From: Podarcis pityusensis
Lineage: Eukaryota
Direction: 5' to 3' (one strand)
Length of the DNA stretch: 64,000 nucleotides
NCBI GenBank assembly: GCA_964106645.2
Contig: OZ067041.1
A program made the translations under genes and the position numbers. The notes under the pieces were generated by a model. The model did not search any database, was not told the origin of the DNA, and worked only from the letters and a program-made list of their open reading frames with translations. This document shows, piece by piece, positions 34,174 to 47,600 of the stretch (position 1 is the first letter of the stretch; the number at the start of each line of letters is the position of its first letter).

Positions 34174-35922
34174 TATCGCTTTGAGGAAACAATTTGGGGA
34201 AAACTATTTATTTTGCAATGTTCTTGCATATACAACCCTCACTCTTCAGTAAGATTCGTGGGGTAGCTAAATGTTACTGTGTTTAGCCATCGGAAGAGCC
34301 TTACATTGAAGCATTAGGATTTGCTTTCAAGGCTTGATTCTACTTCTGTTTAAACAATGTGGGCGTCAGTCACAAAATGGCTGCCAGTAAAGGTGTGGCA
34401 TAACAAAAATGGCTGCCATGGGGTTGCTTAGGTGAGGCCGAATCAGTGTAAGAAGGAACTGAGCAGAAAGAACAAAAAATCTCATGTATTGTGGATTTTT
34501 GAGGGAATATTTACTGAGACCTTTCGTAGGCATAATAGGAAGTATTGGCAGGCACACTGTCACTCATGAGGGCTGTCATGAGGGCAAATAGTGTTGGCCT
34601 TTTAATCTGTAAAAATCCACTTTAATTGTACAAGTCCCAGCTCTTTCTCAGCTCATTTGGCTCTTCTGAATGCCTTTCCCCTCCCCAGTCTTCTGGAAAT
34701 ATTTATGGTAAGTACCTGTTTACTCACCCACACACTAGCCTAGAAGAAAAACCTCCAAATGTCATAGCGAACTTCAAGAGAGCAGAAAAACAAGCAAACT
34801 TAGCATGCAGAATTGAGGACTGCTTTGGCAGCGTCTATCTTTAGCTGCAATAGTGAGTCACATCATTGTGATCTGACTATGGCTAGGCTGAGGTAATACG
34901 CAGGCCAGGGGACTGAGACAAAGCATGATGGGATTAAGCTGTAAAATTCCACTACTCTCCAAATCAGGTTTATGGGGACTTAAGAGACGATGGTTATTTG
35001 TTTTCAGTCAAATAATAATTACAGAATGTTGTATAATATGATGTAGTTCCACACATCTTCAAGGAGTTATAAAATAGAATAATATCTGGAACCCACCCCA
35101 AATTCCCTTGAGCAAAGTGTGTGCATTTCTATGTATCTCGATCTGCAAAGTGTCACGTCCAACCGGCCCCACCAGCCACTCCAAGCTAATGCTGGATTTT
35201 CTTGGATGGTGCCGTGTTGCTTAGCAACATTGCTAGGCAGCAGGGCTATACATGATGCACAGAACTGGCTACTGTGTTGTGCAGGGCAGATTTCAATTAC
35301 TGTTTCTTAAGCTGTAAAATATTAATTCTCAGTTTGCAAATAGAAACTATGCTCAGAGATTAGGGGCCTACTTCTGCTGCCCCCACCTTCTCTGGCGGCT
35401 CGCAAGCTCCTGTTGACTTTAGTGGAGACCACAGGCAGCCCCAGGGGGAATTTGGCCTCAGACATGGAAAACATGGGATAGAATTCATGAGATACAAATA
35501 CATTCTCATGCCTGAGGTAAGAGGCTGACGTATGCAAACACTTCTCAAGGTGACATCGCACAAATTATGTGGCATTTATGTACAAGCACTCAAAGGGGAG
35601 GGAGGAATAACCCCTATTTTTCCTAGTTGCATGAACATGTGATTGGGAAGGGTGGTATTCAGAGGGAGAAAACACAGATCTTTGGTGGAACTGTTAACAG
35701 ATATATTCCTATGCGTAGGTAACAGCCTGCATTAGCTTTCCAGTGACCAACTAGTACAGTTTCCCCAAACTCTACACCATTTATACCATGCTTGGCTGAT
35801 CAGATTATTCATACTTCTAATTACAAGCTTCTGATTAAATAATAAAGTACATAATTTCCAATGACTGCAAAATATGTTTGTTTTGTATATTTATGAACGA
35901 TTGAGGAGCATTGTCCACAGTA

Positions 35923-36136
35923 CAGTGGTACCACTAGTTACAAACTTAAGTCGTCCTAGAGGTCCGTTCTTAACAGGAAACTGTTCTTAACTAGAGGCGT
36001 GCTTTCGCTAATGGGGCCTCCTGCCGCCAGCACATGATTTCCATTCTCATCCTGGGGCAAAGTTCTCAACTCGAGGTAACTCTTCCAGGTTAACGGAGTT
36101 TGGAACCTGAGGCATCTGTAACTCCAGGTACCACTG
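35923..36136. mobile_element. Tc1/mariner (Tigger-like) MITE, diverged subfamily
   Basis: TA|CAGTGGTACC...GGTACCACTG|TA. Confidence 0.85.
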
Positions 36137-36429
36137 TATTATGTTTTGACTTAATACTTTTTTATCATACTTTTGCAATTGGACCAGTCCTGTTCCTGGC
36201 ATTCTGGAAATAATGCAGACTGGCAATACTCCTCCCGTGTTCCTTCCCTCCATATCTATTGGGCCCAGAGCCCTGTAGATCACACTCTGATTGACTGCAT
36301 TCCTGGAGCAGCTAGTCAGAAGAAGAAATTATGGGCAGTTCAACTATTCACATGACTTAAGCCTTAGGGTGCACCAAATTGCATTCGTATCTACTTGTGT
36401 GTCATATTAGGCCTTACAGTGCATGATTA

Positions 36430-36794
36430 CAGGAAACCCCTGATTTGCACAGGGCTTGTGTTCCAGGTCATTGTGCGCTTGCATGAAGTTGTGTGCAATT
36501 GAAACACCCTGCTCTGCCCCACCTCACCCTGCCCTTTTAGTGACATCTATTATGATACTTCCGGGCAGTGCTTTCTTTTCTGAGGGTACGCAGGGGTACG
36601 TATACCCCTAAACATTTTTTGACTCTAAGTTTGGCCTTGTTGAGGGGCAGTATTTCAATATGAGTAGGAAAATGAGATTACGCCTAAACATTAATTTTTT
36701 TTAAAAAAAGCACTGCTTCCAGGTTACTTCCGGGTGCTATACGTGTTTTTGCAATTGTGCACGTATTGGTCGTACCTAAAACGGGAATTGTCTG
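36430..36794. mobile_element. Old TA-flanked (mariner-type) element hosting a hAT MITE
   Basis: TA|CAGGAAACCCCTGATTT ... AAAACGGGAATTGTCTG|TA imperfect TIRs. Confidence 0.5.
36566..36715. mobile_element. hAT MITE
   Basis: TIRs CAGTGCTTT/AAAGCACTG; 8-bp TSD CTTCCGGG / CTTCCAGG. Confidence 0.8.
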
Positions 36795-37615
36795 TACACC
36801 CACATAGATACAATATCACAGCTGTGATTCTGTTTTTCCAAAATCTCAAAAATCTACACTTCTGACATGAGCTGCCATACATTTGGATGTTCCCAGACAT
36901 TTAAGTGATTTCCGCCCACACACTGTTTCTGGCGGCCAAATTCCAAATCCTGGATGTATGGTAGCCCTACTTACTGAGACCTTTGCACTGTTGCAGTGTT
37001 GGAGATCTGTAATAAAGTCATTGCTGACATGAGCACTTGGGTATAATCCTATCATGCTAAAATAAAGAAATGCAAGGTGTGAACCAATGCTACCGATCCT
37101 CTAGAAGGTTATTAAAATGGGTAATCATATAATATAATGATGGGAAAATCTATTAGCTCATCAGCCCCCTGCCAGCACAATACTGTTCCCTACAGGATAT
37201 TCGCAAGCACTTTTTCCAGTTCAGTTCTAAATTAATCTCAATAGCTTTGGCAATTACCATTCAAATCTCTTGCAGTGCATATTCTCCATGAACCCTGTTC
37301 AAGTTAGCAATTAGCAATAAAATATTAAACTTGCCCTGCTATGACAAATATGCAAAGTTAGGAAAATCTATGTACCACATGAACAATGGGACTTAATTCC
37401 AGGCATACTGTTTAGGATTATGGTTCAAGACTACCATCTATTGGATTTAAAAATCAGTTTTGTCGTTTGGGTTGGTTCTGGTTCTGGTGCTATTTCTCGA
37501 TAGTCATATAGAAGTGATTGCCAGGAATGCTTTTAATCAACTTAGATTGGTTTGCAACTATGGTTTTTTCTAGAGAGGACAGACCTCATTTGTGTCTTAG
37601 TAATATTTAGGCTAT

Positions 37616-37950
37616 GGGACGCGGGTGGCGCTGTGGGTTAAACTACAGAGCTTACTGATCAGAAGGTCGGCGGTTCGAATCCCCACAACGGTGTGAGCTC
37701 CCCTTGCTCAGTCCCAGCTCCTGCCCACCTAGCAGTTCAAAAGCATGCCAAAAATGCAAGTAGATACATAGGGGGAAGGTAAATGGCGTTTCCATGTGCT
37801 GCTCTGGTTCGCCAGAAGCTGCTTAGTCATGCTGGCCACATGACCTGGAAGCTGTACGCTGGCTCCCTCGGCCAGTAAAGTGAGATGAGCACCGCAACCC
37901 CAGAGTCGTCCACGACTGGACCTAACGGTCAGGGGTCCCTTTACCTTTAC
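37616..37950 (+). mobile_element. Sauria SINE (Squam1)
   Basis: Full-length body; TSD TATTTAGGCTA at 37604-37614 and 37951-37961. Confidence 0.92.
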
Positions 37951-38447
37951 TATTTAGGCTACTACAATGCAATGTGAGGCTGCTGTTTAAAACTTTTCAG
38001 AAACTTAACTGGTTCAAAATGCAACAATGCAAACTGCCAGCATTTTACAATAGGGTTCTCACACAAAGCCATAATAGGAAATTCTCACAATTCTTTGCAC
38101 TATCATTTAGACATTTCTGGTAGCTCCTTATTCCAGAACACCCCCTCCCACACACCTGCCAACATTCCTGCCAAAGGCAAGCCTGCTTCCCTTCACATCC
38201 TTTCCATCAGTTTGGGGATATATTTTTCAGCATGTGTATGTCCGCTTGACAGAGTACAGTATGCAACATTTTCACAGCATTCTCCCAAATGCACAGCAAC
38301 AGAGATTTCATTACCCACAAGTTTAGAAAGGTTGAATTTCTAGTGCAACCTTCCCCACGCTGGCTGTGACCAATGGGAGTTGTAGTCCAAGGGGGGAAAA
38401 AACTGGGGGAGGCTGGGATGAGGATTGCAAGCTGAGTGTCTTGGCAA

Positions 38448-39020
38448 TGTCAAGGTGGGTGTTGGGAGCAGGTCAGCAATAACTCACAAGGTGTCTGTAA
38501 AGTTAACTCTTTATTCAGAGAAACAAAACCTGGGCCTAGTGAGCACAGCAACTTTTCCCAGTAGGTCTTGCTCAAATGAGGCAGTTTCGAGGACTGAAGT
38601 CCCCGCCTTTCCACAGATCTTAAGGCTCCTCCTTCCCGGTCCCTTCCCAAACAATCTGAGACTCTGACTCCTTGTCTGTCTCTGTTCCACCCTCTTCATA
38701 CCTCTGCAGGTTCTGGGAGACCAGGGGACAGGGGAGCTAGTCGCAGCAGGAGAGGGAGACCCCCTGGCCTCTTCAACAGCCTGCTATATCTCTGCCTCTT
38801 AGCTCCCCTCTTCTCCAGCCTCCGATTCTGGACTGCTCACTGCCATAGCCTCTTCCTGCTCACTAAGCCCTGTGACTTCTTCAGCTTCCAACTCCTCCTC
38901 CTCCCTGTTTGCTCCCTCTGACCACACATCCTCATCCCCCTGGCTCTGAGCCTTCTTCCCCTGGGGGTTCCCCAGTTGGTGCCTCCCATCAACTCCTCTG
39001 CATCCAACCAGTTCATGACA
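38448..39020 (-). mobile_element. Solo LTR (573 bp)
   Basis: TGTCA...TGACA termini; 5-bp TSD GGCAA at 38443-38447 and 39021-39025; AATAAA on - near 38510. Confidence 0.8.
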
Positions 39021-42000
39021 GGCAAGCACTAGAGGTTTATTCTGAGAGAGGACTAATTGATTTTTCAGGACCTGAAAGGAATCACCTGCAAGTTTCCTTT
39101 CAAAACCTGTGTGCCAGGATCTCCTTGGTTTGGAAGCAGAGGACTGACCCGCTGGGAGCCTGAAAGGCCCTGCCCTGCCTCTCTCCACCTGGCTTGGGGC
39201 AGGGCCTGACAGGCTTCATAAAGGCCTGCTGCTGCTGCTGCTCGACAGAGAGGGCTCCTTTTTAAAATAGTTTTTATTTTTTATCTATGTCATTTTAAAC
39301 TGTAATTGATATTAATGTTGTATTTTTAGTTTTAGATTTTATGATTTATGTGGAAATTGTTTTCCATTTGGTTGTGTACCTTTTGATGTGTTTTATTTAT
39401 TGTTTGTGACTTTTGTTATGTTGGTAATTATGTACATCTTGTCATGTTGTAAGCTGCCTTGAGCACTGTTTTAACTATGGAAAGGTGGCATACAAATAAA
39501 ATGATGATAGTGATGATGATGATGAACTGTACACAATGCTGTATAGACAAATGAACAAGACATTATGATGGAGGAACAAGTAATAGCCCAGGATACTGAA
39601 CCGTAATGCCATGAGCGTGAGCTTTCTCTTCTACTCTCTAATGTTTTGAATTGCGTTTCTGCATCAGTCTAATAAATATATAATGGCAACATTTGCCACC
39701 TCCTCATACTTTTGCATAATTGATAATAAAACTGCGGGAGACCAGGAACAGTCATATTTCCCATTATCCACAAAACTAAAATGGAATCAATCCGGTAACC
39801 AATTTAACAGCACGTGAGCAAGGTAACTCTTACATCAATTAATTTAAGAATGATCAACTAAATCCAGGGTGGATTCTCCATGAGTCTTCTGTCACTGCAA
39901 AAGGTGTATAAAATTGTAACCTTCTGAACGTTAGTCCCCTGTAGCAACTATTCAGAACGCAACACTTCAGAATATGCAGATTTGGGGAATGTGACATTAA
40001 CTCCTAGCAAATTTATAGTTTGTGTCTGGGGTTTCAGTGCTCTGAACGTGTCTAGTCTATGGTCCTTGATTCACAGATCTCTGCCATATCTCCGAAATGT
40101 CACAGGCTAATAGCTTAAAAGCTATTTTAAAGTGAGCTGATAGATGTGCTATTTTGCCAGCAGCACAAACTGGTCTCCAGTTAGCTCACTGATTCAGGAT
40201 TTGTTTTCCAGAGAAACATAACTAAGGCAATATCACCTGTGAACTCCCCACTCCAAGGGAAAAAAAAAACAACCAATGAGATATTGTCACTTTTTCCATA
40301 TTCCCATTACAATAACCTTGTTGGTTCAGGGAAATTTCCTGGGGATTAATGTCCAGCTGGAGTTAATGGCTCTCTCAGCTGTACTTCAGTTCCTCCACAC
40401 CCACTGGCTAGTTATTAATCCCCAGGAAATGCCTGGCACCTAAACTGCGATCGCTAAATGAAACTGCTGTCTGACAGGACAAAAATAAACAAATCATTAG
40501 AAAATCCAATTAGCTGTGTCACTTCAAATTACAAACCTACAAACGCCTCATTTCAGTGTGCATCAAGTGTTGATTCTCCTTTTGTGCTGTTTTTCAGTGG
40601 GGTATCACCATTTCTAATAATTGCCAAAGGAGGGAACTGGGTGGATTCTCCACTGTAGATCAGCTGATCATGGAAGGCTCAAATGGGTAAACTTCATCTC
40701 TTTATAGAAAAAAGAACTATAAAGCATGTGCACGCGCACATATGTGTGTGTGTACACACACAGGCTGCTTTTCTGGGCAAATGCCCATCCAAAGTGGCTT
40801 GCAATTAAAATAACTGTAAAACTACAATTTAGCAAATATATATTTGCTAATAATAATGTAGCTGTAAATTATACAACACTATATCTATGTGTATATATAT
40901 TTTTCCAGCACAGCTGGAATGAACGTAATTTAACCAGGCCATTACCCAGCTAATAAACATCATGCCTGCAAGGCCAGGTTTTTTTTGGGGGGGGGGGGGA
41001 AATAGGTTTGGGACCTTTTGAAAAGCTTGCAGTGTAGACATTCTGTGCAAGTCCAATGAGAGGAAATTGCATAGCCATATAGCATATGCACTCTGAACTA
41101 ATTTTAAAGTATGGAGCTACTGACTCCGAGAAGTTGGTTACTTTTAACATTGTACTTTTTGAGTACAATTAATGCATGTCTGGAAATATCTGGATTGAAG
41201 ATTGTCTAGAAAGAACCTGAAATGTCATTTTAAAAGTTGGAGTCCAGTAACATCTGGAGGCCAACTGTTACCCCGTGCCTGCTCTATATTATATAAAGGT
41301 CTCCAGAAAGGCACTATAAAACAGGAAGGAATAAAATGGAAAATAGAGGTGAGTTGGACACACATATACAGTAGAAAAATTCAGTTGCTTTAGGCAAGAA
41401 CCTGTTAGGAGGATATGTACAGATATGTTCACAGGAATTATTACATTTAATTGAATATTTGCATTAAATGGCATTTTACATATATTTTACCTAGAATTTT
41501 TGTAACTTTAGGGGCACACCTTTAATGCCAAACACCCGTTTAAAACATTTTAAAATATTAACAAGATTTAATTCAGGACCCTTCCGCCCAAGACACAAAT
41601 TAATTGCTAAGTGAGAGTAGCATTGTAACTGCCAAGTAGTTTACTCAGGCCTTTGGCTGGTCTATTGTGAATGAGAAATACTTTTGATGATGGTGGATGG
41701 GGTTGTCCTTTGCTCCTTTCCTGCCACTGCTGCAGAAGCCTTTACCTTACTATATCAAGTTTGTGACGTCGCCTTACAGTCACATGGATTGGTTACATGG
41801 AGGCTCAAAGTTTATTGCTGTAAAGTGACATGGCTTTGTAGAAATATATCCATTGAAAAAATGTGGCTGTTATTTTGATGCAGATCATTCTTCTTCAGTA
41901 TTCCAGCAATACCTTTATAAGACCAACTAAAATATCGCAAAATTGTTTGTAAGCTTTTTGAGTTCTATGTTGGGAGAAAGGCAGGCTATACCTGTATTGA

Positions 42001-43303
42001 ATAAATAAATACAGCTGCCTGCTCGAAGCAAACCATTTTCTTTGCAAGACAGGGCCCCAAGCCCAAAGCAGAGTGGAAACCACTGCAAGAAGTTCGCAGG
42101 GACCTGTGCTATGAACCATCTCATAGCTCAGTGGGAAAGTGCTTTTCTACAACAGATGTGTTATTATGGGAACACATTGAAGGCACCAGTACAAGGCAAA
42201 ACTTACCTGTGAACAATTCAGACAGCAGCAATGATTGTAGATACAAACAGAACAGAGGCGGCAAGACTAGAATGCAAACATCCCACTCACAGAGCTAATT
42301 CTTAGCCTACAAAGTTATATAGGAGCAGATGAGAAGTACAGTAAATTACAACGCTTATGTTGCCCAATCTTGTTTCTCTTATCTTCATTTTCTGTTGATT
42401 TCTAGTGACTGCCAATTTTGTTCCCCGGCAATCTTGTTATCAAGGTTCTCCTGCGTTGTATTATGGCAGTTATAAACTTGGGTGCTTTTTGAATCTTGAA
42501 TCTTTAGCAAACAACCCCCACAGCTCCCCATGCCATATTCTGTTGACTTCCCAGAGCCCAGAGGTCAGTGCCTTGGATGGGCTGATAGGCTGCCTGGCCT
42601 ATCTGGAGTGTTGCTTGTTGTTTTGGGTCCTCCACAAACTTCCTCTTGGAGCCTAGCCAGTTGCCTGCAGCTGCATTTGTACCTCTGTGGAGCTGTTAAT
42701 ATGGCCTCCAGTTGCGGGGAGGGGAAAGCCAGGAAAGGTTGGCCCACATCCAAGTCACCAGCTCAAAAAAACAGTTGACAGTAAAGCTTAATGCACACAC
42801 ACCAATGTAGTCACAGCAGCTCTTCTGAGAAGAATTGGCAGGTGGCTTTCAGGAAGGAAGGAAAAGAGGCAATTTGGTGGAAAATGAGCCTTTCATGTGC
42901 ACTGGATAGATGGAAATGGAAAGGGAGGGGTGGAGCTATTCAAGAGGGGTGGTTCCCCTATCTCCTCTCGTGCACAACTGGTGAAAGGCACAATTCTTTC
43001 TGCAGTTTCTTTCCCTGCTCATTATCAGAGGGCACTATGCTCTAGTCTTTCCCATTTTGTCTGGCAGCCTGCTTATCACAGGTAAACAAGCAGCAGAGAG
43101 CATGCACACAAAGAACCTTTCACATGACTTTGCAGCCTCTCAAAGTTTATGTTTACTGGCCTTTCTGTAAGGCGGATCAGTTCACACAGTACTTTTTTTT
43201 CTTCAGGTGGGTAGTTATATTCATTCCAGGAATGCATTTGTAGGGGTCATATGTTTCTGTGATACGGCAATCATGATTATGACCACTACCACCAATTCCT
43301 GTA

Positions 43304-43518
43304 CAGTGGTACCTCGGGTTAAGAACTCAATTCGTTCTGGAGGTCCGTTCTTAACCTGAAACTGTTCTTAACCTGAAGCACCACTTTAGCTAATGGGGCC
43401 TCCCACTGCTGCTGCACGATTTCTGTTCTCATCCTGAAGCAAAGTTCTTAACCTGAAGTACTATTTCTGGGTTAGCGGAGTCTGTAACCTGAAGCGTATG
43501 TAACCCGAGGTACCACTG
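43304..43518. mobile_element. Tc1/mariner (Tigger-like) MITE
   Basis: TA|CAGTGGTACCTCGGGTTA...TAACCCGAGGTACCACTG|TA perfect TIRs. Confidence 0.9.
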
Positions 43519-44484
43519 TATTAGTGGCAGCTGGGGAGAGTACCCCTTTGAAACACCAAACTTGATGCATGCTGTAACCATGATTACTCAGTTCCTAGAA
43601 GGAATTCTATCCACACTTCCTTTTGCCCTGCTGCTTTCCCCCAGGGACACCCCCCCCCATGCTAAATTGGAGCAAACGGCAACCAGGTTTTCTAGAAAGC
43701 ATGGGTGAAGCCTCTTGGACCTGTTCTTTCTAGGTATGTGACAAGCAGGGTGAGCCCTTAACATGTGCCTTGAACTGCTTGCAGGGAGAATATGAATTAT
43801 GCAAACTGGTTCTAAATAGAACCGTGTCACAGAACTCTAAAGCATTTGCCTTCTTTCATAAACGGGAACATTCAAAATTTATACCTATGTGTATGAATCA
43901 GCTTGCAAAGGGTGCATATTGCATGTAATAATTAGACACACAGCCGTTTTACTATGTGCACAGAGAAGAGAACCAGAGAAAGATCTGTGTCTTGGATCTT
44001 CCTGCCATGCATTGTGACCAAAGAGATACCAGAAATACGCAGTAACCCCAAGATGCTTGTCTTTTCCTGAAGACTGCAACGTTCCTTTGCTTGGTCCTGC
44101 ACCAGTTCATGCAGTTGTATATGGCAGAAATGGCTAAATAGGCCACAGATGATTGGTTTGTATTAATTGTACTAGTGTGGTATACTGGAAAATGGCTTGA
44201 GGGGAGATTTGAACTCTGGCCAAGAAATACGTGGAACTCTTTGTTGACTGCAGCTGCCTCTTGTTCATGCTTGAGTAAAAAGTTTCAGGCCTCCACTCCT
44301 CCAGTGTCCAGGTCTTATATGGCATTTCTGTCACAGCTGCTAAGAGAAAACAGATTTCCTGGTTCTGGTCATATGCCTCAACCTTAACAAGAAGAAACTA
44401 CATGCAATGACAGAAAAGGCACAGAGGACATGTTCTTATGCACATATATCAATCTCTGATTTGCTTTTGTTCTCTCTTAGATAC

Positions 44485-44668
44485 ATAGGAGCATATGTGC
44501 TGCCTTATATTGTCAGATCATTGGTCTGTCTAGCTCAGTATTGTCTACACGGACTGGCAGCAGCTTTCCAGGATTTCTGGCTGGGATCATTTCCATACAT
44601 CTAAACGCCAAGGATTGAATCTAGAATGTTCTGCATGCAAATCAGATGTTCTGCCATTGAGCTATGAC
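44485..44668 (-). mobile_element. Old tRNA-derived SINE (Squam3-like)
   Basis: Reverse complement TCATAGCTCAATGGCAGAACATCTG...GATTCAATCC...AAGGCAGC. Confidence 0.6.
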
Positions 44669-47600
44669 TTCAATGGCTATTCCTCTTAGACAGAGTGTGT
44701 GGAAAGTGTGGGGTGAGCCCTGTGTTTCCCAACTCCACATGAGAACTAAGTGAAATTAATTTATCATTCTTTCTAAGATGATATCTCAGAAGCTCGTTAT
44801 CAAATTTATTTTTAAATTTGGAAGCTATACATTTAGTATAATATGGAGCAGGGCTGACTATAGTCTCATCCTCAGGGGGTGTGTGAGTGAGTGTCAATGT
44901 CTCTCCTCATTACAAGATACAAGAACACCTTCCCAGGTTGCCTAAACTTCAAAGACCCATCTTAGTGACCGTGTTGTGTTGTTGTGAATCCAGAATGCCT
45001 TGTGAGCTTGTCACAAGACTAGCAGCCAACATTAATTAAGAAGGTTATATCAGCCTATGCCAGCCTAATGAAGTAAGTGGGAGCCTTCAAAGGGTATTGT
45101 GTCAGCTCAGAACCTGCAGTGAGGTCACCCTTCCAACTTCCTCCTTCAGCTTTATGTAGTTTTCAAGGGGAGGAAAGGTCACCAGCACTGCCACTTCCTG
45201 GGAAAGAGGGAAGAGGGTGAGGATGCTACAAGGTTTTACAGGTGCCAGGGGAAGTCCCTGAGGGTGCCACAGTGACTATAGTAGGGTTACCAGATGTTCC
45301 CGGGGACAGTCCCCGGATTTGCAAATCTGTCCCCGGGAAACGTGGCAGCGCAGTTGGCTCTGGCTGGCTCCTGGCTGCTGACTGCCACTGCCACTGCTGC
45401 CACTGCTGAAGGGCAACCAGGGATATCCAGTGGTACAGATCTCCTTACCCCTTACCCCTTTGTTTTGACTGATGGGGGAGGCTCAGGAGTTGCGGGCGGG
45501 TGGCCGTTGCCCAGGAGGGGCGCAAAGCACGCCGCTTCTCTGCTGGGCAAGATGCAAAGCCCTTCTTTTGCACCCTGTGAAACATAAATGTGCAGAGTTT
45601 TTTAAAAACTGGGCAACGGCGCACCGCCTGCCCACAACTCCCGAGCCCCCCTCGATCTCCTGCCCCTTTCCCCCTTTGTTTTGACAGATTGGGGGAGGCT
45701 TGGGAGCCTTGGGCGGGCAGCCATTGCCCAGTTTTTTAAAAACTCTGCGCATTTATGCTTCACAGGGTGTGAAAAAAGGGGTTTGCACCTTTCTACAATA
45801 TGCATGTGTGCTTGGGCCCAGGGTCTTTTGCCTCACCATCCCCACTACTGACTCCCTGTTGCTACTCAGCTTCCAAAAAAAAAAAAAAAAAAAAAAAAGG
45901 ATTCATTGAAAAATATTGGTAACCATAGACTATAGGTGCCACACAGGTGACCCCAAGCTTACCCTTTCCCATCACTTTTTGGCTGAAACTCCCACCCAGG
46001 TCACTTTCCCCCCGCTGAGGTTCCAGATAAGCAACTGAATGATAAATATGCATCTGGAATCCCACAAGAAGAAAAGCAGCTAGAGAACCAGTGAGGTTGC
46101 TGTGGGGAAAAGCAAACAATTGTTGTTTGTCCACTGCAGATTGCTCCATCTTGAATCTCAGTTGCTTAGGACAGTATGGGGAACCTGTAGTCCTCCTGAT
46201 GTTGCTGGACTCCAACCCCTATCAGCCCCAGCCAGCGTGGGCGATGGTCATGGATGAAAGGAGGAAATGCAACAACATTCCTGAGTGCCACACCTTCCCC
46301 ATCACCGGCCAGAAGAAGCCACCAATATTCTACTCTCTGTTGGCCACCCGAACACACCCAAAGTCACACAGTCCTTGGGAAAATGGGTTTGGAATGAGGA
46401 GAACAAAGAAACTAGAAGGAACTAGGTCATGTCAAAACCAAGATGAAAAATGGAGGATGATGTCAATGAGTGGAAGAAAGAAGAGGACCTCAGCATGTGC
46501 CAGGAAACCATTTGTTAGGGGGACGGGAAGGCTGTTGCCATTCCATTATAACAAACTAAAATATCCAAACCACACACATTTGAGATATCAAAAACAGTGG
46601 AGATCAAGGCTTTAGTCCTGCATAAAATGGTAGCAGAAGCTCTCCTGGGAAGAACTGATGATGAGAGAGAAGATATGGAGATGAGTTCCACACTGCAGCT
46701 CCCATATGCCCTCAGCCAGGCAAGCTTTTACTGGAAACAACAACAACCCAAAGAAGACTGAACTTCAACCAGAGCACAATCCAGCCAGCTATTCTTGGCT
46801 GGCATAACTGTCCCTGAGGGCCTGTTACCAAACCCAGCAGAATTTGAAGCAGACTGGGATTGGGACAGAAAATGCAAAAATAGCTTAACATCACCTTTGT
46901 TCCATACTCACATTTCTCTGAGCCAAGTACTGGGAATGAAGTGTCTGACCTATACAATGAGGATGGCAGGGGCTGTCCCCAACCGCACCAGGAACAGCCA
47001 TCCTCGGTTTGTTTTATGTGGATTGGCCCATTGTTATTGGATATGAAAATGTATATTCTACTTTACAAATAGGTAGAATAACTTTTTATGGGTTTCTAAA
47101 AGGCCTGCTTATGTTTATTTTTTGAGTGTGCTATATGTATTCTTATTTTCAACTTGAAGTTCCACTGGATGATCTTGAAAGTTTGATCTTTTATGTATGT
47201 ATTCCCAGCAATGAACTGGAATGAACAAGTGTGTTTTACTTTCCCATAACCTTCTATCAGCAGAATTAGAGTGGGAAGCCATTACTGATTTCCCAACTCT
47301 CTGTAACCACCCTAAATCTGATCCGAGGGTTGGGGGACCCTCCAGTGCAGATTTACGAGTGGGGCTGAAGAGCGGAATTAGCTGAAAATGGATTCCCTTT
47401 CTATTCTACTGCCATACTGAGCAGTGCCATTGGGTACAGCACTTAGGACTTACATGTACAGTCCTGCAAACACTGATATTTCTTTGGCATGAGCCAAGGG
47501 CCTCAGGTTCATGGTGCTCAGTGAAGTCTCATAGGGTATAGATAGATAAAAGAAAGCTGGTGATGGTGCAGGAGGGGATACCAATGACCTTTTATTTCCT

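Noticed and set aside
46091-46615. 174-aa ORF
   Set aside because: Runs through a MITE and degraded repeat sequence; no domain similarity or exon structure
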